From an uncultured Deferribacteres bacterium (GTDB lineage Bacteria; Zhuqueibacterota; JdFR-76; BMS3Abin05), in contig CAZIYL010000001.1 of the NCBI GenBank assembly GCA_964543425.1, forward strand, positions 632 through 64,631: DNA of 64,000 nucleotides, given 5' to 3'. Below, piece by piece: positions 1-9,098 of the stretch. Numbering within the stretch: position 1 is the first letter of the stretch; the number at the start of each line of letters is the position of its first letter. The position numbers and the translations under genes were made by a program. Below the pieces are notes generated by a model, which was given only the letters and a program-made list of their open reading frames with translations, was not told the origin of the DNA and did no database searches.

Positions 1-767
1 AATATCTTTTGTGCGCCCCCATCCGAGAGACGAAATCCCGTAATAACTTCATCAAAAATCAGAAGGCTTTGGCTTTGTTGCGTAATCGTTTGAAGGTGAT
101 CCAAAAAATCCTCGTCAGGCAAAACCGTTCCCATGTTGCCCGCCACCGGCTCTACAATAATGGCCGCCAAGTCGCTGCCGTACGCCTGCGCCAGTTTTTC
201 TACAGTGCGCCAATCATTGTAAGGTGCCAGTAGTGTGTCAGCGGCCAGACTTTTTGGAACACCCGGCGATCCCGGAATACCCAAGGTTGCCACTCCTGAG
301 CCCGCTTTCATTAAAAACGAATCCGAATGGCCGTGGTAACACCCTTCAAATTTAAGGATTTTGTCTCTCCTTGTAAATCCGCGAGCCATGCGAATAGCCG
401 TCATGGCAGCCTCCGTTCCCGAGCTGACCATTCGAACCTTTTCAACGGAAGGCACCATTTGCACCACTTTTTCAGCCAAGTTAATTTCTGCCTTGGTCGG
501 AGCGCCAAAGCTTGTTCCCTTTTTCAGTGCTTCCTCAACGGCTTCCAAAACCACAGGGGACCGATGCCCCAGAATGAGTGGGCCCCAGGAACTTACAAAA
601 TCAAGGTAACGATTCCCATCCGCATCATACAAAAACTGCCCCTCTCCCCGATCAATAAAAACCGGCGTTCCTCCCACCGAGCGAAACGCTCGCACTGGAC
701 TATTAACGCCTCCGGGAATCACTCTTTGAGCCCGTTCAAACAAAATTTTGGATTTTCCCCGATTCAT
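1..767 (-). CDS. hemL: Glutamate-1-semialdehyde 2,1-aminomutase (N-terminal ~255 aa; gene runs off the window start)
   Basis: The reverse-strand translation from the ATG at 767 reads [28 protein letters not shown]...[17 protein letters not shown]...[10 protein letters not shown]...FDEVITGFR, a typical class-III aminotransferase/GSA-AT N-terminus. Its ATG overlaps the hemC stop (ATGA). It is absent from the ORF track only because it is truncated by the window edge. Confidence 0.85.
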   Translation of the reverse strand, partial: MNRGKSKILFERAQRVIPGGVNSPVRAFRSVGGTPVFIDRGEGQFLYDADGNRYLDFVSSWGPLILGHRSPVVLEAVEEALKKGTSFGAPTKAEINLAEKVVQMVPSVEKVRMVSSGTEAAMTAIRMARGFTRRDKILKFEGCYHGHSDSFLMKAGSGVATLGIPGSPGVPKSLAADTLLAPYNDWRTVEKLAQAYGSDLAAIIVEPVAGNMGTVLPDEDFLDHLQTITQQSQSLLIFDEVITGFRLSDGGAQKI

Positions 768-1702
768 ACTGAATGTTCTCCCTCATTTTCGGCTAAAATT
801 TCCAGAGCACCAAGTCCAATCATTCTATCTGCCAATTGCTCTCCGCAGGATTTTGGGTCAGACGCCCGGCATGCCGCTTGCTCCCTCAGCACGCGTTTAC
901 CGTCAATAGAGGCCACCACGGCCTGCAAAAGCAGATTGTTTTTATCGATTAGCCCAAGAGCACCCACCGGAATATGGCAGCCGCCCTCAATTTTTCGGAG
1001 AAATGCCCGCTCGGCGTTAACAGCCTTTTCTGTTTTTTCATCAGAGAGTGTTTCAAGAATCGCCCGGATGTGCCGATCATTTTTCCGCCCCTCCAGTGCA
1101 ATTGCACCCTGGCCCACGGCAGGCAGGCAGATTTCGATCGGAATGAAATCGCTGACATATTTTCGAAAACCCATTCGCTTTATTCCTGCCCACGCAACAA
1201 CAATCCCCTCCCAATCCGATTCAAGAAATTTGGTCACGCGCGTATCAATGTTTCCACGAAGATCCTCGAATTGTAAATCCTGACGATAGGCCAGAAGCTG
1301 TGCCTTCCGCCGAAGGCTGCCGGTTGCCACTCGCGATCCCATTGGAAGCTCTTTTAACAGCCGGCCATTTTTGGATAACAGCACATCCCTTGGGTCTTCT
1401 CTTTCCGTAAATGCCATTAATTCAAAATCCGCCAGCACCTGTGAAGGCAAATCTTTTGCACTGTGAACGGCAAAATCGATTCTACCATCCTGTAAGGCCT
1501 GCTCAATCTCTTTTACAAAAAGCCCTGTTTTCCCCATCTCTTCCAGAGGGTGAATTTGATCTCTGTCCCCGTGAGTCGTAATAGTTACAATATCAATTGC
1601 CAACCCCGGATTTCTGTTCATCAGCCGCTCCCGCACCCAATTTGCCTGCCAGAGAGCCAATTTGCTGCCCCGTGTTCCCAGCTTCAGCCGCACATTGTTC
1701 AT
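764..1702 (-). CDS. hemC: Hydroxymethylbilane synthase (porphobilinogen deaminase)
   Basis: 312 aa, with [18 protein letters not shown] and a dipyrromethane-cofactor Cys region. It is translationally coupled to hemA upstream and hemL downstream. Confidence 0.9.
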   Translation of the reverse strand: MNNVRLKLGTRGSKLALWQANWVRERLMNRNPGLAIDIVTITTHGDRDQIHPLEEMGKTGLFVKEIEQALQDGRIDFAVHSAKDLPSQVLADFELMAFTEREDPRDVLLSKNGRLLKELPMGSRVATGSLRRKAQLLAYRQDLQFEDLRGNIDTRVTKFLESDWEGIVVAWAGIKRMGFRKYVSDFIPIEICLPAVGQGAIALEGRKNDRHIRAILETLSDEKTEKAVNAERAFLRKIEGGCHIPVGALGLIDKNNLLLQAVVASIDGKRVLREQAACRASDPKSCGEQLADRMIGLGALEILAENEGEHSV

Positions 1703-2961
1703 GACTCATCCAATTCAAATAACTGTTTAATAATGCTAATCTTATGAATTCCATCCGGATGATCAAAGAGTTTTCTCAATTCCATTGTGGGCGAATGAAG
1801 CATTTTATTCATCATCCTTCGGGTGATTTCTTCAATGATCGGCCAGTCTGTTTGAGGCACTTTATTCCTAAAATGAGTCAATTCCTGTTGACGAATTTCC
1901 TCAAATCGTTTGCGAAGCTGTTGAATGGTCGGATTAATCTGTAAACCCTTCAGCCATTGCAGAAATTCCTGAACCCCCTCCCGGATCAGGGTCCTTGCGA
2001 TTTCTGCCTCCTGCTGTCGAATCTTCTGATTCTGGTTCACAATCTGGCGTAAATCGTCAATATCATAGAGGTAAACACTGTCCAGATCGCGAATCACGGG
2101 ATCAAAATCGTGGGGCACAGCCAAATCGATTAAAAAAATATTTTTTCGCACACGTTTTTTCACCACGGATTTGATATCGGCCTTCGTAAAAATGTGTTCC
2201 GGAGAACCCGTAGCGCTAATCACAATATCTGCCCGCAATAAATAATCAGGCAATTTTTCAAAGGGAACGGCCTTTCCTTCCACTTCTGTTGCCAAATCTT
2301 TTGCCTTTGAGAAGGTTCGATTCGCCACAAGAATTCGGGAGACACCCTTTTCTTTCAAATGCCTGGCAGTTAAACTTGCCGTTTCTCCCGCGCCGACAAT
2401 TAAGATTTCGCAATTGCTTAGAGGATAAAAAATCTTTTCGGCCAACTCAACCGCTGCATGTCCCACCGAAACAATTCCCTCGCCGATACGTGTTTCTGCC
2501 CGAACTTTTTTATTGACCTCAAATGCTTTATGGAATAAGCGATTAAGAATGAATTTCGTCCCCCCGTTTTGGGAGGCCAAACGATAGGCATCTTTGATTT
2601 GACCAGCAATTTGTGTTTCCCCCACAACCAGTGAGTTCAGACCGCTAATTGTTGAAAAGAGATGGTTCGCCATTTGATCACTGGAATGGTGGTAAAGGTG
2701 CCGATAAATTGCGTCTGACGGGGATAAATTAAAAGAATCGCCATAAAATGAGCGCAGCGTTTGAATGCCTTTGTGAAGGTCGAAAACGACGGCATAAATT
2801 TCACTTCGATTGCAAGTGGATAAAATTACCGCCTCGCGAATTTGATCGCGGCCAAGAAGCCTTTGATAAATTTCGGGGAGAGTTTCCGGGAGAAAAGATA
2901 CGCTTTCCAAAAAGTGAATCGGTGTTGTTTTATGGCTAAATCCGACGACAATCAAATCCAT
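1699..2961 (-). CDS. hemA: Glutamyl-tRNA reductase
   Basis: 420 aa with the N-terminal VVG.SHKTTP motif, the catalytic CNRSEIY, the NADPH-binding GAGETA loop and a C-terminal dimerisation helix. It overlaps the 3' end of the upstream sirC-like gene. Confidence 0.9.
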   Translation of the reverse strand: MDLIVVGFSHKTTPIHFLESVSFLPETLPEIYQRLLGRDQIREAVILSTCNRSEIYAVVFDLHKGIQTLRSFYGDSFNLSPSDAIYRHLYHHSSDQMANHLFSTISGLNSLVVGETQIAGQIKDAYRLASQNGGTKFILNRLFHKAFEVNKKVRAETRIGEGIVSVGHAAVELAEKIFYPLSNCEILIVGAGETASLTARHLKEKGVSRILVANRTFSKAKDLATEVEGKAVPFEKLPDYLLRADIVISATGSPEHIFTKADIKSVVKKRVRKNIFLIDLAVPHDFDPVIRDLDSVYLYDIDDLRQIVNQNQKIRQQEAEIARTLIREGVQEFLQWLKGLQINPTIQQLRKRFEEIRQQELTHFRNKVPQTDWPIIEEITRRMMNKMLHSPTMELRKLFDHPDGIHKISIIKQLFELDES

Positions 2962-3575
2962 TCTTGCAGCTCGTGTTTTACCTGATCCACGCTCCCATTG
3001 CGAATACCCGCCAAAATTTTGGGAATGACCACTTCGTCGATTATTTGTTTGCGCTTGTTTTCGTCCGGCACGTCGTGCTTAAGGCGATCCCGAATCTGAC
3101 CCGCAATATTCAACCCTTTGGCATAGGAGTCATCAAACATGTTTTCGAGCATTTTTCGGATTTCGCGTGCCAGCGCCGGAGACTTCCCTGTAGTCGAAAT
3201 TGCCAATTGCAAATCCCCTCGCCGAACAATGGAAGGAACATAAAAATCGCATAATGACGGATTATCTACAACATTGATCAGCACCCCCCTCCTGTGAGCC
3301 TCTTCAAAGATTTGATGATTTACGGCGGCGTCATTTGTCGCGCTGATAACCAGCCGATAGCCTTCCACATCTCCCGGCCTGTACTTCCGATAATGGCAGG
3401 TAATTTTACCACTTTCCCATAACTCAAAAAGTCCCGGGGACAAATCAGAGCTCACGACGGTCACCTGTGCTCCGTAGTTCAAAAGGGTTTTTACCTTGTG
3501 TGCGGCAACTCTTCCGCCGCCAAAAACCACACACTCTTGGTTGTCGAGTTTTATAAAAATCGGATAAAGATTCAT
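2952..3575 (-). CDS. Precorrin-2 dehydrogenase / sirohydrochlorin ferrochelatase (CysG N-terminal domain, SirC/Met8-like)
   Basis: Has the Rossmann motif VVFGGGRVAAHKVKTLL and an overall SirC/CysG-N fold. The ORF track starts at a GTG at 3602. The ATG at 3575 (MNLYPIF) is preceded by GAGGAAGAAGCAG and is the more likely start. Confidence 0.75.
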   Translation of the reverse strand: MNLYPIFIKLDNQECVVFGGGRVAAHKVKTLLNYGAQVTVVSSDLSPGLFELWESGKITCHYRKYRPGDVEGYRLVISATNDAAVNHQIFEEAHRRGVLINVVDNPSLCDFYVPSIVRRGDLQLAISTTGKSPALAREIRKMLENMFDDSYAKGLNIAGQIRDRLKHDVPDENKRKQIIDEVVIPKILAGIRNGSVDQVKHELQEWI

Positions 3576-3608
3576 CTGCTTCTTCCTCATTTGGAGAGAC
3601 ACCGTGGT

Positions 3609-3630
3609 AGTTGTTCAAACTTCATTCCAA
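3609..3630 (-). promoter_or_regulatory. Weak candidate sigma-54 (-24/-12) promoter for the sirC-hemA-hemC-hemL operon
   Basis: The minus strand reads TTGGAATGAAGTTTGAA. It has the TGG-N9-TTG spacing of the TGGCACG-N4-TTGCW consensus, but the conserved -12 GC is GA. The TSS would fall ~45 nt upstream of the ATG at 3575. This is a match by eye only. Confidence 0.2.
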
Positions 3631-3754
3631 AGCTTGTGATTTTTTTATTTTTTGAATAAAGGAGTGTCTTCTTAATTCCTGTAAAATCAAGAAGAAAAAA
3701 GTTAGGGCATTTTTAAATTTGGGCTGATGTGAAATAAAATTAAGAGCGTGTGGC

Positions 3755-3830
3755 GCAGTTTTTCATAATGAAAAATGGGTGTTTCAAAATGAAAAATACG
3801 TGGAGAATTTCATGAATCCCCGGCACTTGA
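3755..3830. promoter_or_regulatory. Array of three TTCAT..ATGAA inverted-repeat elements (candidate UAS/operator)
   Basis: A perfect 17-nt palindrome TTTTTCATAATGAAAAA is followed by TTTCAAAATGAAA (one mismatch) and the palindromic TTCATGAA, spaced ~21-22 nt apart (helical phasing). They lie between the sigma-54 activator stop and the sirC/hemA start. Confidence 0.4.
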
Positions 3831-3852
3831 AATCAGCCAAGGATTTCTTAAT

Positions 3853-5784
3853 CTAAAGCGACTCTTTACTCCGTATTCCGTAGTCTTTCAATTTTCGCCA
3901 GAGGGTGGCCCGGCTAATCCCGAGCATTTCGGTTGCCTTTCCCAAATTCCAATCCACATATTCAAGTGTTTTCAAAATGTGCTGTTTTTCAATATCATAA
4001 AGGGTTGGCCAAAGGGCGGTGCTATTTTGCAGTTTCTCCGGGAAAAATTGAATTTCCTGTGGAAGATCTGTTGGTGTAATGTGCTGGCCGATTGTCATAA
4101 TAACCGCGCGTTCCATGGCATTTTTCAGCTCGCGCACGTTACCTGGCCAGGGATATAATTGCAGTAAGGTGGATGTTTCTTCGGTGATTCCCAAAATATG
4201 TTTTCCATTTTTCTCGCTGTACTTTTCCAAAAAATATTTCGCAAGGTCGGGAATATCCTCCTGACGCTTTCGCAAAGGCGGAACGACAATATGCATGACC
4301 TTCAGGCGGTAGTACAAATCTTCGCGAAATTTATGTTGGCTGACAAGGGTTTTTAGGTTTTTATTTGTGGCAGCAATGACCCGCACATCAACCTTAATGG
4401 TTTGTGTGCTTCCTACGCGGCGGACGTCCCCCTCCTGAATAACCCGTAGAATATTGGCCTGTGTAGCCGGAGACATTTCCGCAATTTCATCCAAAAAAAT
4501 CGTGCCATGATCCGCCTCTTCAAAGAGTCCCTTTTTCTGAGATGTGGCTCCGGTGAAGGCTCCTTTCACGTATCCAAAAAGCTCACTCTCCAAAAGCGTT
4601 TCGGAAATCGCCGCACAATTAACCACGACAAAAGGCTGATTGGACCTGGGACTATTTTTGTGAATTGCCCGGGCAACCAGTTCTTTCCCCGTACCACTTT
4701 CGCCTTCAATCAAAACCGTTACATCCGTTGCCGAAACTCTGGCAATTGTTTCCAGAACCACCTGCAATTTCCGGCTGCGCCCGATAATTCCGGAAAACTC
4801 AAATCGCTCTCGTGAATACTGCCAGGAAATAAATTCCCTCACATCTTTTTCCAAACGTTTTAAAAGTCCCGGAACACTTTTTTCGCGCTCTTTAAAATTC
4901 CTCCGGATCAGTGCCTCAAGGTCGTTACGGGAATAGCACAGGAGGAGATCATTCTTGAGGGGCTGTGTGGCATTTTCAGAAAGATCGATCAACAAAAGAG
5001 GCGCACCGTGGCGCATTTTAAGCTGATCCTGAAGCATTCGGATTAGTTCTTCTGTGCCGGCATTGCAATCAGCCCTAATAAGAATATCCACCTGTTTCGG
5101 TTGCCCGGTTCTGTTTGAATAATCCATTAATGCTTCAGATTCAGGCCCCAATTTTTGAAGGCTTCCAAATTTCATTTGTCGAAAATAGCCGACCAAATCT
5201 TCTACTTCGCTTGATTCTCCCCACAATACCACATGAATATTTCCAACATTCCCAAAAATTTGCTTTCCCAGCTCCGGAATGGCAGTCTTAATTGTTACGG
5301 CACCGGCAAAAAAAGCATCGCTTTTGGATAAATTTTTGTAAATCCTGACGCCAGTCTGGAACAAACGATTGAGAACCGGACCGGCCATTTCAGTTTCAAG
5401 GCTCTGGGTATAGCCCTCTTTTACAGTCTCCAGAAAAATTACGTCTCCGACGATTGGTGTTCCCACACCCAGAATGACCTCAAAAAAATGACGGATGGCT
5501 TCTCCGCGTTCCCAGACAAAGAAAATCTGCCGCGGAAGGTTCTCAAGTGCAGGGAAAAGGGATTTGAATAGATTTTCTGCGGCCTGAATGGTTTGGTCAA
5601 TCGATTCCGAAATGAAAATCGCTTCAAAGTGAAAAGGAGTGCGGAAAATCATTCCCTCTTCAAAAGGAATTTCTGACTTTACCCGCCGGAGAATATTTCT
5701 AAAGTTGTGATTAAAAATCTCTTTTCGACTTGCTTCGTCTTCAATCCAGGGAAGCTTAATTCCAACAACAATAATTTCTGACAT
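3853..5784 (-). CDS. Sigma-54-dependent transcriptional activator (bEBP) whose N-terminal ~330-aa domain is a glutamyl-tRNA-reductase-like (HemA-like, catalytic Cys absent) module
   Basis: The central AAA+ domain carries Walker A GESGTGKE and the sigma-54 contact motif GAFTGA. The C-terminal Fis-type HTH reads [15 protein letters not shown]. The N-terminus aligns along its full length with the HemA encoded at 1699-2961: IIVVG/LIVVG, identical [44 protein letters not shown] and [16 protein letters not shown]. It lacks CNRSEIY and the GAGETA loop. Confidence 0.8.
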   Translation of the reverse strand: MSEIIVVGIKLPWIEDEASRKEIFNHNFRNILRRVKSEIPFEEGMIFRTPFHFEAIFISESIDQTIQAAENLFKSLFPALENLPRQIFFVWERGEAIRHFFEVILGVGTPIVGDVIFLETVKEGYTQSLETEMAGPVLNRLFQTGVRIYKNLSKSDAFFAGAVTIKTAIPELGKQIFGNVGNIHVVLWGESSEVEDLVGYFRQMKFGSLQKLGPESEALMDYSNRTGQPKQVDILIRADCNAGTEELIRMLQDQLKMRHGAPLLLIDLSENATQPLKNDLLLCYSRNDLEALIRRNFKEREKSVPGLLKRLEKDVREFISWQYSRERFEFSGIIGRSRKLQVVLETIARVSATDVTVLIEGESGTGKELVARAIHKNSPRSNQPFVVVNCAAISETLLESELFGYVKGAFTGATSQKKGLFEEADHGTIFLDEIAEMSPATQANILRVIQEGDVRRVGSTQTIKVDVRVIAATNKNLKTLVSQHKFREDLYYRLKVMHIVVPPLRKRQEDIPDLAKYFLEKYSEKNGKHILGITEETSTLLQLYPWPGNVRELKNAMERAVIMTIGQHITPTDLPQEIQFFPEKLQNSTALWPTLYDIEKQHILKTLEYVDWNLGKATEMLGISRATLWRKLKDYGIRSKESL

Positions 5785-5836
5785 TTTTTATTCTATCAAT
5801 CCGTTCTATTAAACGCGACGGTACATTTCTGCGAAA

Positions 5837-6658
5837 CTAATACGCGTGCACCTTTGAAAAATAGGTGCTAATAATTAAAAATGAGATGACAATCCAGCTA
5901 AAACCAATAATTGAAACATACGCACATTTTCTGGGATGGGCATTTAAAAACCACCGTATTCCCAGATAAACAGCGTAAATAATCCATGTAATAAAAACAC
6001 TAACGATCTTCAAATCCAGATACCAGGCATGGGTGAGATATTTTGATCCCAGAGAAAGGGCAATCAGAATTCCAACGGTTAGAAAAATAAATCCAACGTA
6101 AATTGACTCAAGGCTCAATTTATCCAGAAGTTCCAGAGCGGGTAATCTGGAGTAAAAATATTTAAGATTTTTTGCTCGAAGCTCTTTTAGGAGGAGCAGG
6201 TACATAACGCTTGCAATAAAACCGATTGTCAATCCCGTATAGGAGAACAGCATAAAAAAAATGTGAATCTGCACGGTTTTATCCTGAAAAAAAGGCGGTA
6301 ACGCTTCATGGTGCGCAGGCAAAATATTCGATACAAAAACAAATATTACAATCAAACCGGCAATAAAAACGCCAAAGGCCTGTTCTTTTAACCGCATTTC
6401 AAGAATCAGATAGAGAAGTCCGAAGAAAAACATCCAGGTAAATGTGGCTTCTCCAACGCTAATGACTGGAAAATGTCCCTCAATTTTCCACTGTCCCAAA
6501 ATAGCTGCAGCCTGTATTAGTACCCCCAGCAGTAAAAAAAATGTGGCAGGTTTTGCAAGATTCTTTCGCTGCTCTTGAAAATAGCGAATGTAAAAAATGA
6601 AGCTGAGAAAATAAGACAGCAATCCGAGCCACCGCAAAACAAGAACAGCATTTTCCAT
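5837..6658 (-). CDS. Polytopic membrane protein, HemX / CcsA-family-like (about 8 TM)
   Basis: 273 aa, all hydrophobic helices, with size and topology like B. subtilis HemX. It sits immediately upstream of the hem regulator and operon. I could not see a WWD motif. Confidence 0.45.
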   Translation of the reverse strand: MENAVLVLRWLGLLSYFLSFIFYIRYFQEQRKNLAKPATFFLLLGVLIQAAAILGQWKIEGHFPVISVGEATFTWMFFFGLLYLILEMRLKEQAFGVFIAGLIVIFVFVSNILPAHHEALPPFFQDKTVQIHIFFMLFSYTGLTIGFIASVMYLLLLKELRAKNLKYFYSRLPALELLDKLSLESIYVGFIFLTVGILIALSLGSKYLTHAWYLDLKIVSVFITWIIYAVYLGIRWFLNAHPRKCAYVSIIGFSWIVISFLIISTYFSKVHAY

Positions 6659-6747
6659 GTTGCCTCTTTTCTTACTTTTTTTAATCTTTAATTCTTGTGA
6701 TTATTGAACGAACAATTCAAATTAAAAATTTATATTGAAGGATGCAA

Positions 6748-6784
6748 TAAAAAAGGCGAAGACAGTAAAATCTTCGCCTTTTTG
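6748..6784 (-). terminator. Rho-independent terminator downstream of nagB (bidirectional hairpin)
   Basis: AAAAAAGGCGAAGAcagtaaaaTCTTCGCCTTTTT: an 8-bp GC-containing stem flanked by an A-run and a T-run. Confidence 0.7.
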
Positions 6785-6807
6785 GACACAAAAATAAATG
6801 AGCTGCC

Positions 6808-7554
6808 TTATCCCGTGTATTCGCCTGTTAATTTGGCACCGGCTTCTTTGTCCACAATGATAGTCGCTTTTCGGTGCATCTGCACGATTGTAGCCGGAAC
6901 CATCGCCGTAATGGGCCCTTCCACCGTAATCCTAATGGCCTCGGCCTTGTTGGGGCCGTTGGCCAACATCACCAATTCACGCGCATCCATAATGGTCCCA
7001 ATCCCCATGGTGATGGCATATTTTGGCACTTGGCTCATGTCGTTGTCGAAAAACCGGGCATTGTCTTTGCGGGTTTTCTCAGTCAGCGTTTTAATGCGGG
7101 TTCTGGACCCAAGAGACGAACCGGGTTCGTTGAAGGCAATGTGTCCGTTTCCACCGATTCCCAAAATCTGAAGGTCAATGCCCCCCGCTTCTTCAATTTT
7201 TTCCTCGTACCACTCGCAAAACGCGTCAATGTCGTCCGCCATGCCCATGGGAATATATACCCTACTGGGATTCAGATTTACGTGTTTAAACAGATTTTCC
7301 CACATAAAATAGTGATAGCTTTCCGGGTGTTCCGGACGCAGCCCCACATATTCGTCAAGATTAAAGGTTGTCAGTTTTGAAAAATCCAAACCTTCTTTCT
7401 TGTGCAAGCGGATTAATTCTTTGTACATTCCGAGAGGGGTGCTTCCTGTGGCAAAGCCAATTACGGCATCCGGTTTTTTTCGAATGAGAGTTGCAACAAT
7501 TTTCGCACCTTCTACGCTCATTTCTTCGTAGGTTTCTTTTCTAACGACTAACAT
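6808..7554 (-). CDS. nagB: Glucosamine-6-phosphate deaminase
   Basis: 248 aa, with GFATGSTPLGMY, the NLDEYVG motif and GIGGNGHIAFNEPGSS. Confidence 0.9.
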   Translation of the reverse strand: MLVVRKETYEEMSVEGAKIVATLIRKKPDAVIGFATGSTPLGMYKELIRLHKKEGLDFSKLTTFNLDEYVGLRPEHPESYHYFMWENLFKHVNLNPSRVYIPMGMADDIDAFCEWYEEKIEEAGGIDLQILGIGGNGHIAFNEPGSSLGSRTRIKTLTEKTRKDNARFFDNDMSQVPKYAITMGIGTIMDARELVMLANGPNKAEAIRITVEGPITAMVPATIVQMHRKATIIVDKEAGAKLTGEYTG

Positions 7555-7654
7555 CTGATGTTCCTCCTTTTTTCTGGTTATTTTTATTTAAACTTTAAAA
7601 AATTACCCACTAAATTTATGAATTAATTTCGTAGAAATTAAACGGACTGTAATC

Positions 7655-7690
7655 CGTGTAATTAGTGGTTTTTAGAATATCCTCATTTAA
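7655..7690 (+). repeat. Copy 1 of a ~35-nt repeated element GTGYAATTAGTGGTTTTTAGAAT..CTCAT
   Basis: 23/23 nt (one Y) identical to 59408-59430. Both copies are preceded by a short hairpin and followed by a CTCAT-containing tail. Confidence 0.5.
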
Positions 7691-8924
7691 GAGATTTTCT
7701 CTCTTTTTCAGTAAGAGCAAACACTTCACGAATGGCTTTTCCCAGCGCCGGAGTAACGCTCTGATTCCGGCGTTTCATAACCTTGTCAGCCGTTTCCAGA
7801 GCCTTTTCCAATTTATGAACCACAAAGCCGTCGGCACCGCCCCAGGAAAATGACGGGATAAATTTAAGAGGAAATCCGGCGCCAAACACATTGGACATAA
7901 TGCCCACTACCGTTCCCGTGTTAAACATGGTGTCAATTCCTGCTTTGGAGTGATCGCCCATGGTCAGGCCGACAAACAGCGAGCCGGAGTCCACAAATTC
8001 TCCGTTTACCCAAACCTTCACATTACCGTAATTATTCTTAAGATCGCTGTTGTTGGTGTCCGAACCCAGATTCACCCACTGTCCCAGGTAGGCGTGCCCC
8101 AGGAAGCCATCATGCTGCTTATTCGAATAGGAATGAACAATCGAGGCTTCCACTTCTCCGCCCATCTTACTTACTTCACCAACCGAAACACCGTCGTAAA
8201 GATAAGCCCCTGTTTTTACAAGGCTTTTATCTCCGATAAATGTGGGACCGTCGATGGTTACATTCGACAGAATTTTGGCGCCCTTTCCAATGTAAATCGG
8301 GCCCTCCTCGCCATCCAGTACTGTTCCCGGTTTTACAAAGGCTCCTTCATCAATAAAAATATTTTCCTTGTTCAGAAGAATAGCTCCGTCGTAAACCTTT
8401 CCCAGAATCTTTCCACCTTTTCCAAAAAGGTTAAATTCACGGGTAATCTCGTCGGCATTCCCCAAAATCAGCTCATAATTGTATTTGAAGAGAGTAGCCG
8501 AAACGGTTTTCTCCGGTAGATCAGGAAAATCGCTTTTCGAAAGCAGCGTTCCCTCTTTCCCCTTTAGTGCGGATAGTTTGTCCCGAGGAATAAAAGCGGC
8601 CACTACGGAATCTCCGGAAACGTACAAAGCCGCTTCTTCGCGAGCAATTTCTTTTGCCAGTTCAGGTGTCATCAGCCCACGGCCATTGACAAACAAGGCG
8701 TCGGCGTCGGGAAACTGATTGACTTTTAGCGAGGGATTTTGTTCCTGTACGAGATCTTTTAAGTATTCCCGGGTTAGAAGGGAAACTCTCGAGCCCGCTG
8801 GAAGAGTTTGCACAATTTTTTCACGAAGTGTGCGAATACCAAAACGTAAATCGTACACAGGGCGCAAATGACTCAATGGAGCAAAATTTTCAGTTAGGCC
8901 ATCTTCAAAAATACAAATGTTCAT
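7683..8924 (-). CDS. GlmU-like sugar nucleotidyltransferase / left-handed beta-helix (hexapeptide-repeat) protein, function unknown
   Basis: The ORF track starts at 9002. The ATG at 8924 (MNICIFEDGL) is preceded by a perfect SD (AAAGGAGGAATCTG) and is the likely start. The C-terminal half is hexapeptide repeats (GAYLYDGVSVGEVSKMGGEVEASIV...). The N-terminal half resembles a nucleotidyltransferase fold without the canonical GxGTR loop. Confidence 0.5.
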   Translation of the reverse strand: MNICIFEDGLTENFAPLSHLRPVYDLRFGIRTLREKIVQTLPAGSRVSLLTREYLKDLVQEQNPSLKVNQFPDADALFVNGRGLMTPELAKEIAREEAALYVSGDSVVAAFIPRDKLSALKGKEGTLLSKSDFPDLPEKTVSATLFKYNYELILGNADEITREFNLFGKGGKILGKVYDGAILLNKENIFIDEGAFVKPGTVLDGEEGPIYIGKGAKILSNVTIDGPTFIGDKSLVKTGAYLYDGVSVGEVSKMGGEVEASIVHSYSNKQHDGFLGHAYLGQWVNLGSDTNNSDLKNNYGNVKVWVNGEFVDSGSLFVGLTMGDHSKAGIDTMFNTGTVVGIMSNVFGAGFPLKFIPSFSWGGADGFVVHKLEKALETADKVMKRRNQSVTPALGKAIREVFALTEKERKSLK

Positions 8925-9098
8925 CAGATTCCTCCTTTTTTTGCAATTATTTTGTGCGCATTCACCGCCATAAAGAATTCCGGTAATCCCATGGCGCTGC
9001 AAGTTGCAATTAAAAAAATTGACGCCACGAATTCACGAATTCTTTTCGAATAATTGTATAATTGTAGCAAAGCTTTTGCAAAACTTACAACGGTTGAC

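Noticed and set aside
327-1283. A 318-aa plus-strand ORF, plus several 60-220-aa ORFs elsewhere (e.g. 6874-7380, 7950-8519, 11651-12313, 18535-18975, 38508-39115, 63063-63602).
   Set aside because: They lie antisense to or overlap well-supported genes (hemL/hemC, nagB, trpB2, GT2, mfd and others). Their composition is low-complexity and they have no SD or start context. They are spurious reading frames.
3749-3765. Plus-strand TGGCGCAGTTTTTCAT looks like a -24 TGGCGC element.
   Set aside because: It is on the wrong strand to drive either flanking gene and has a poor -12 region. More likely it is part of the palindrome array.
3815-3838. ATCCCCGGCACTTGAAAT resembles the 5' arm and loop of the strong terminator at 25487-25524 (ATCCCCGGCACTTCAAAT).
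   Set aside because: The 3' complementary arm (GTGCCGGGG) is missing at 3815, so no hairpin forms. It is probably a degenerate remnant or chance partial match.
9003-9098. The near-palindrome GCAAAGCTTTTGC between anmK and the nucleotidyltransferase gene.
   Set aside because: It is short, imperfect and AT-rich promoter-region DNA, not distinctive enough to call.
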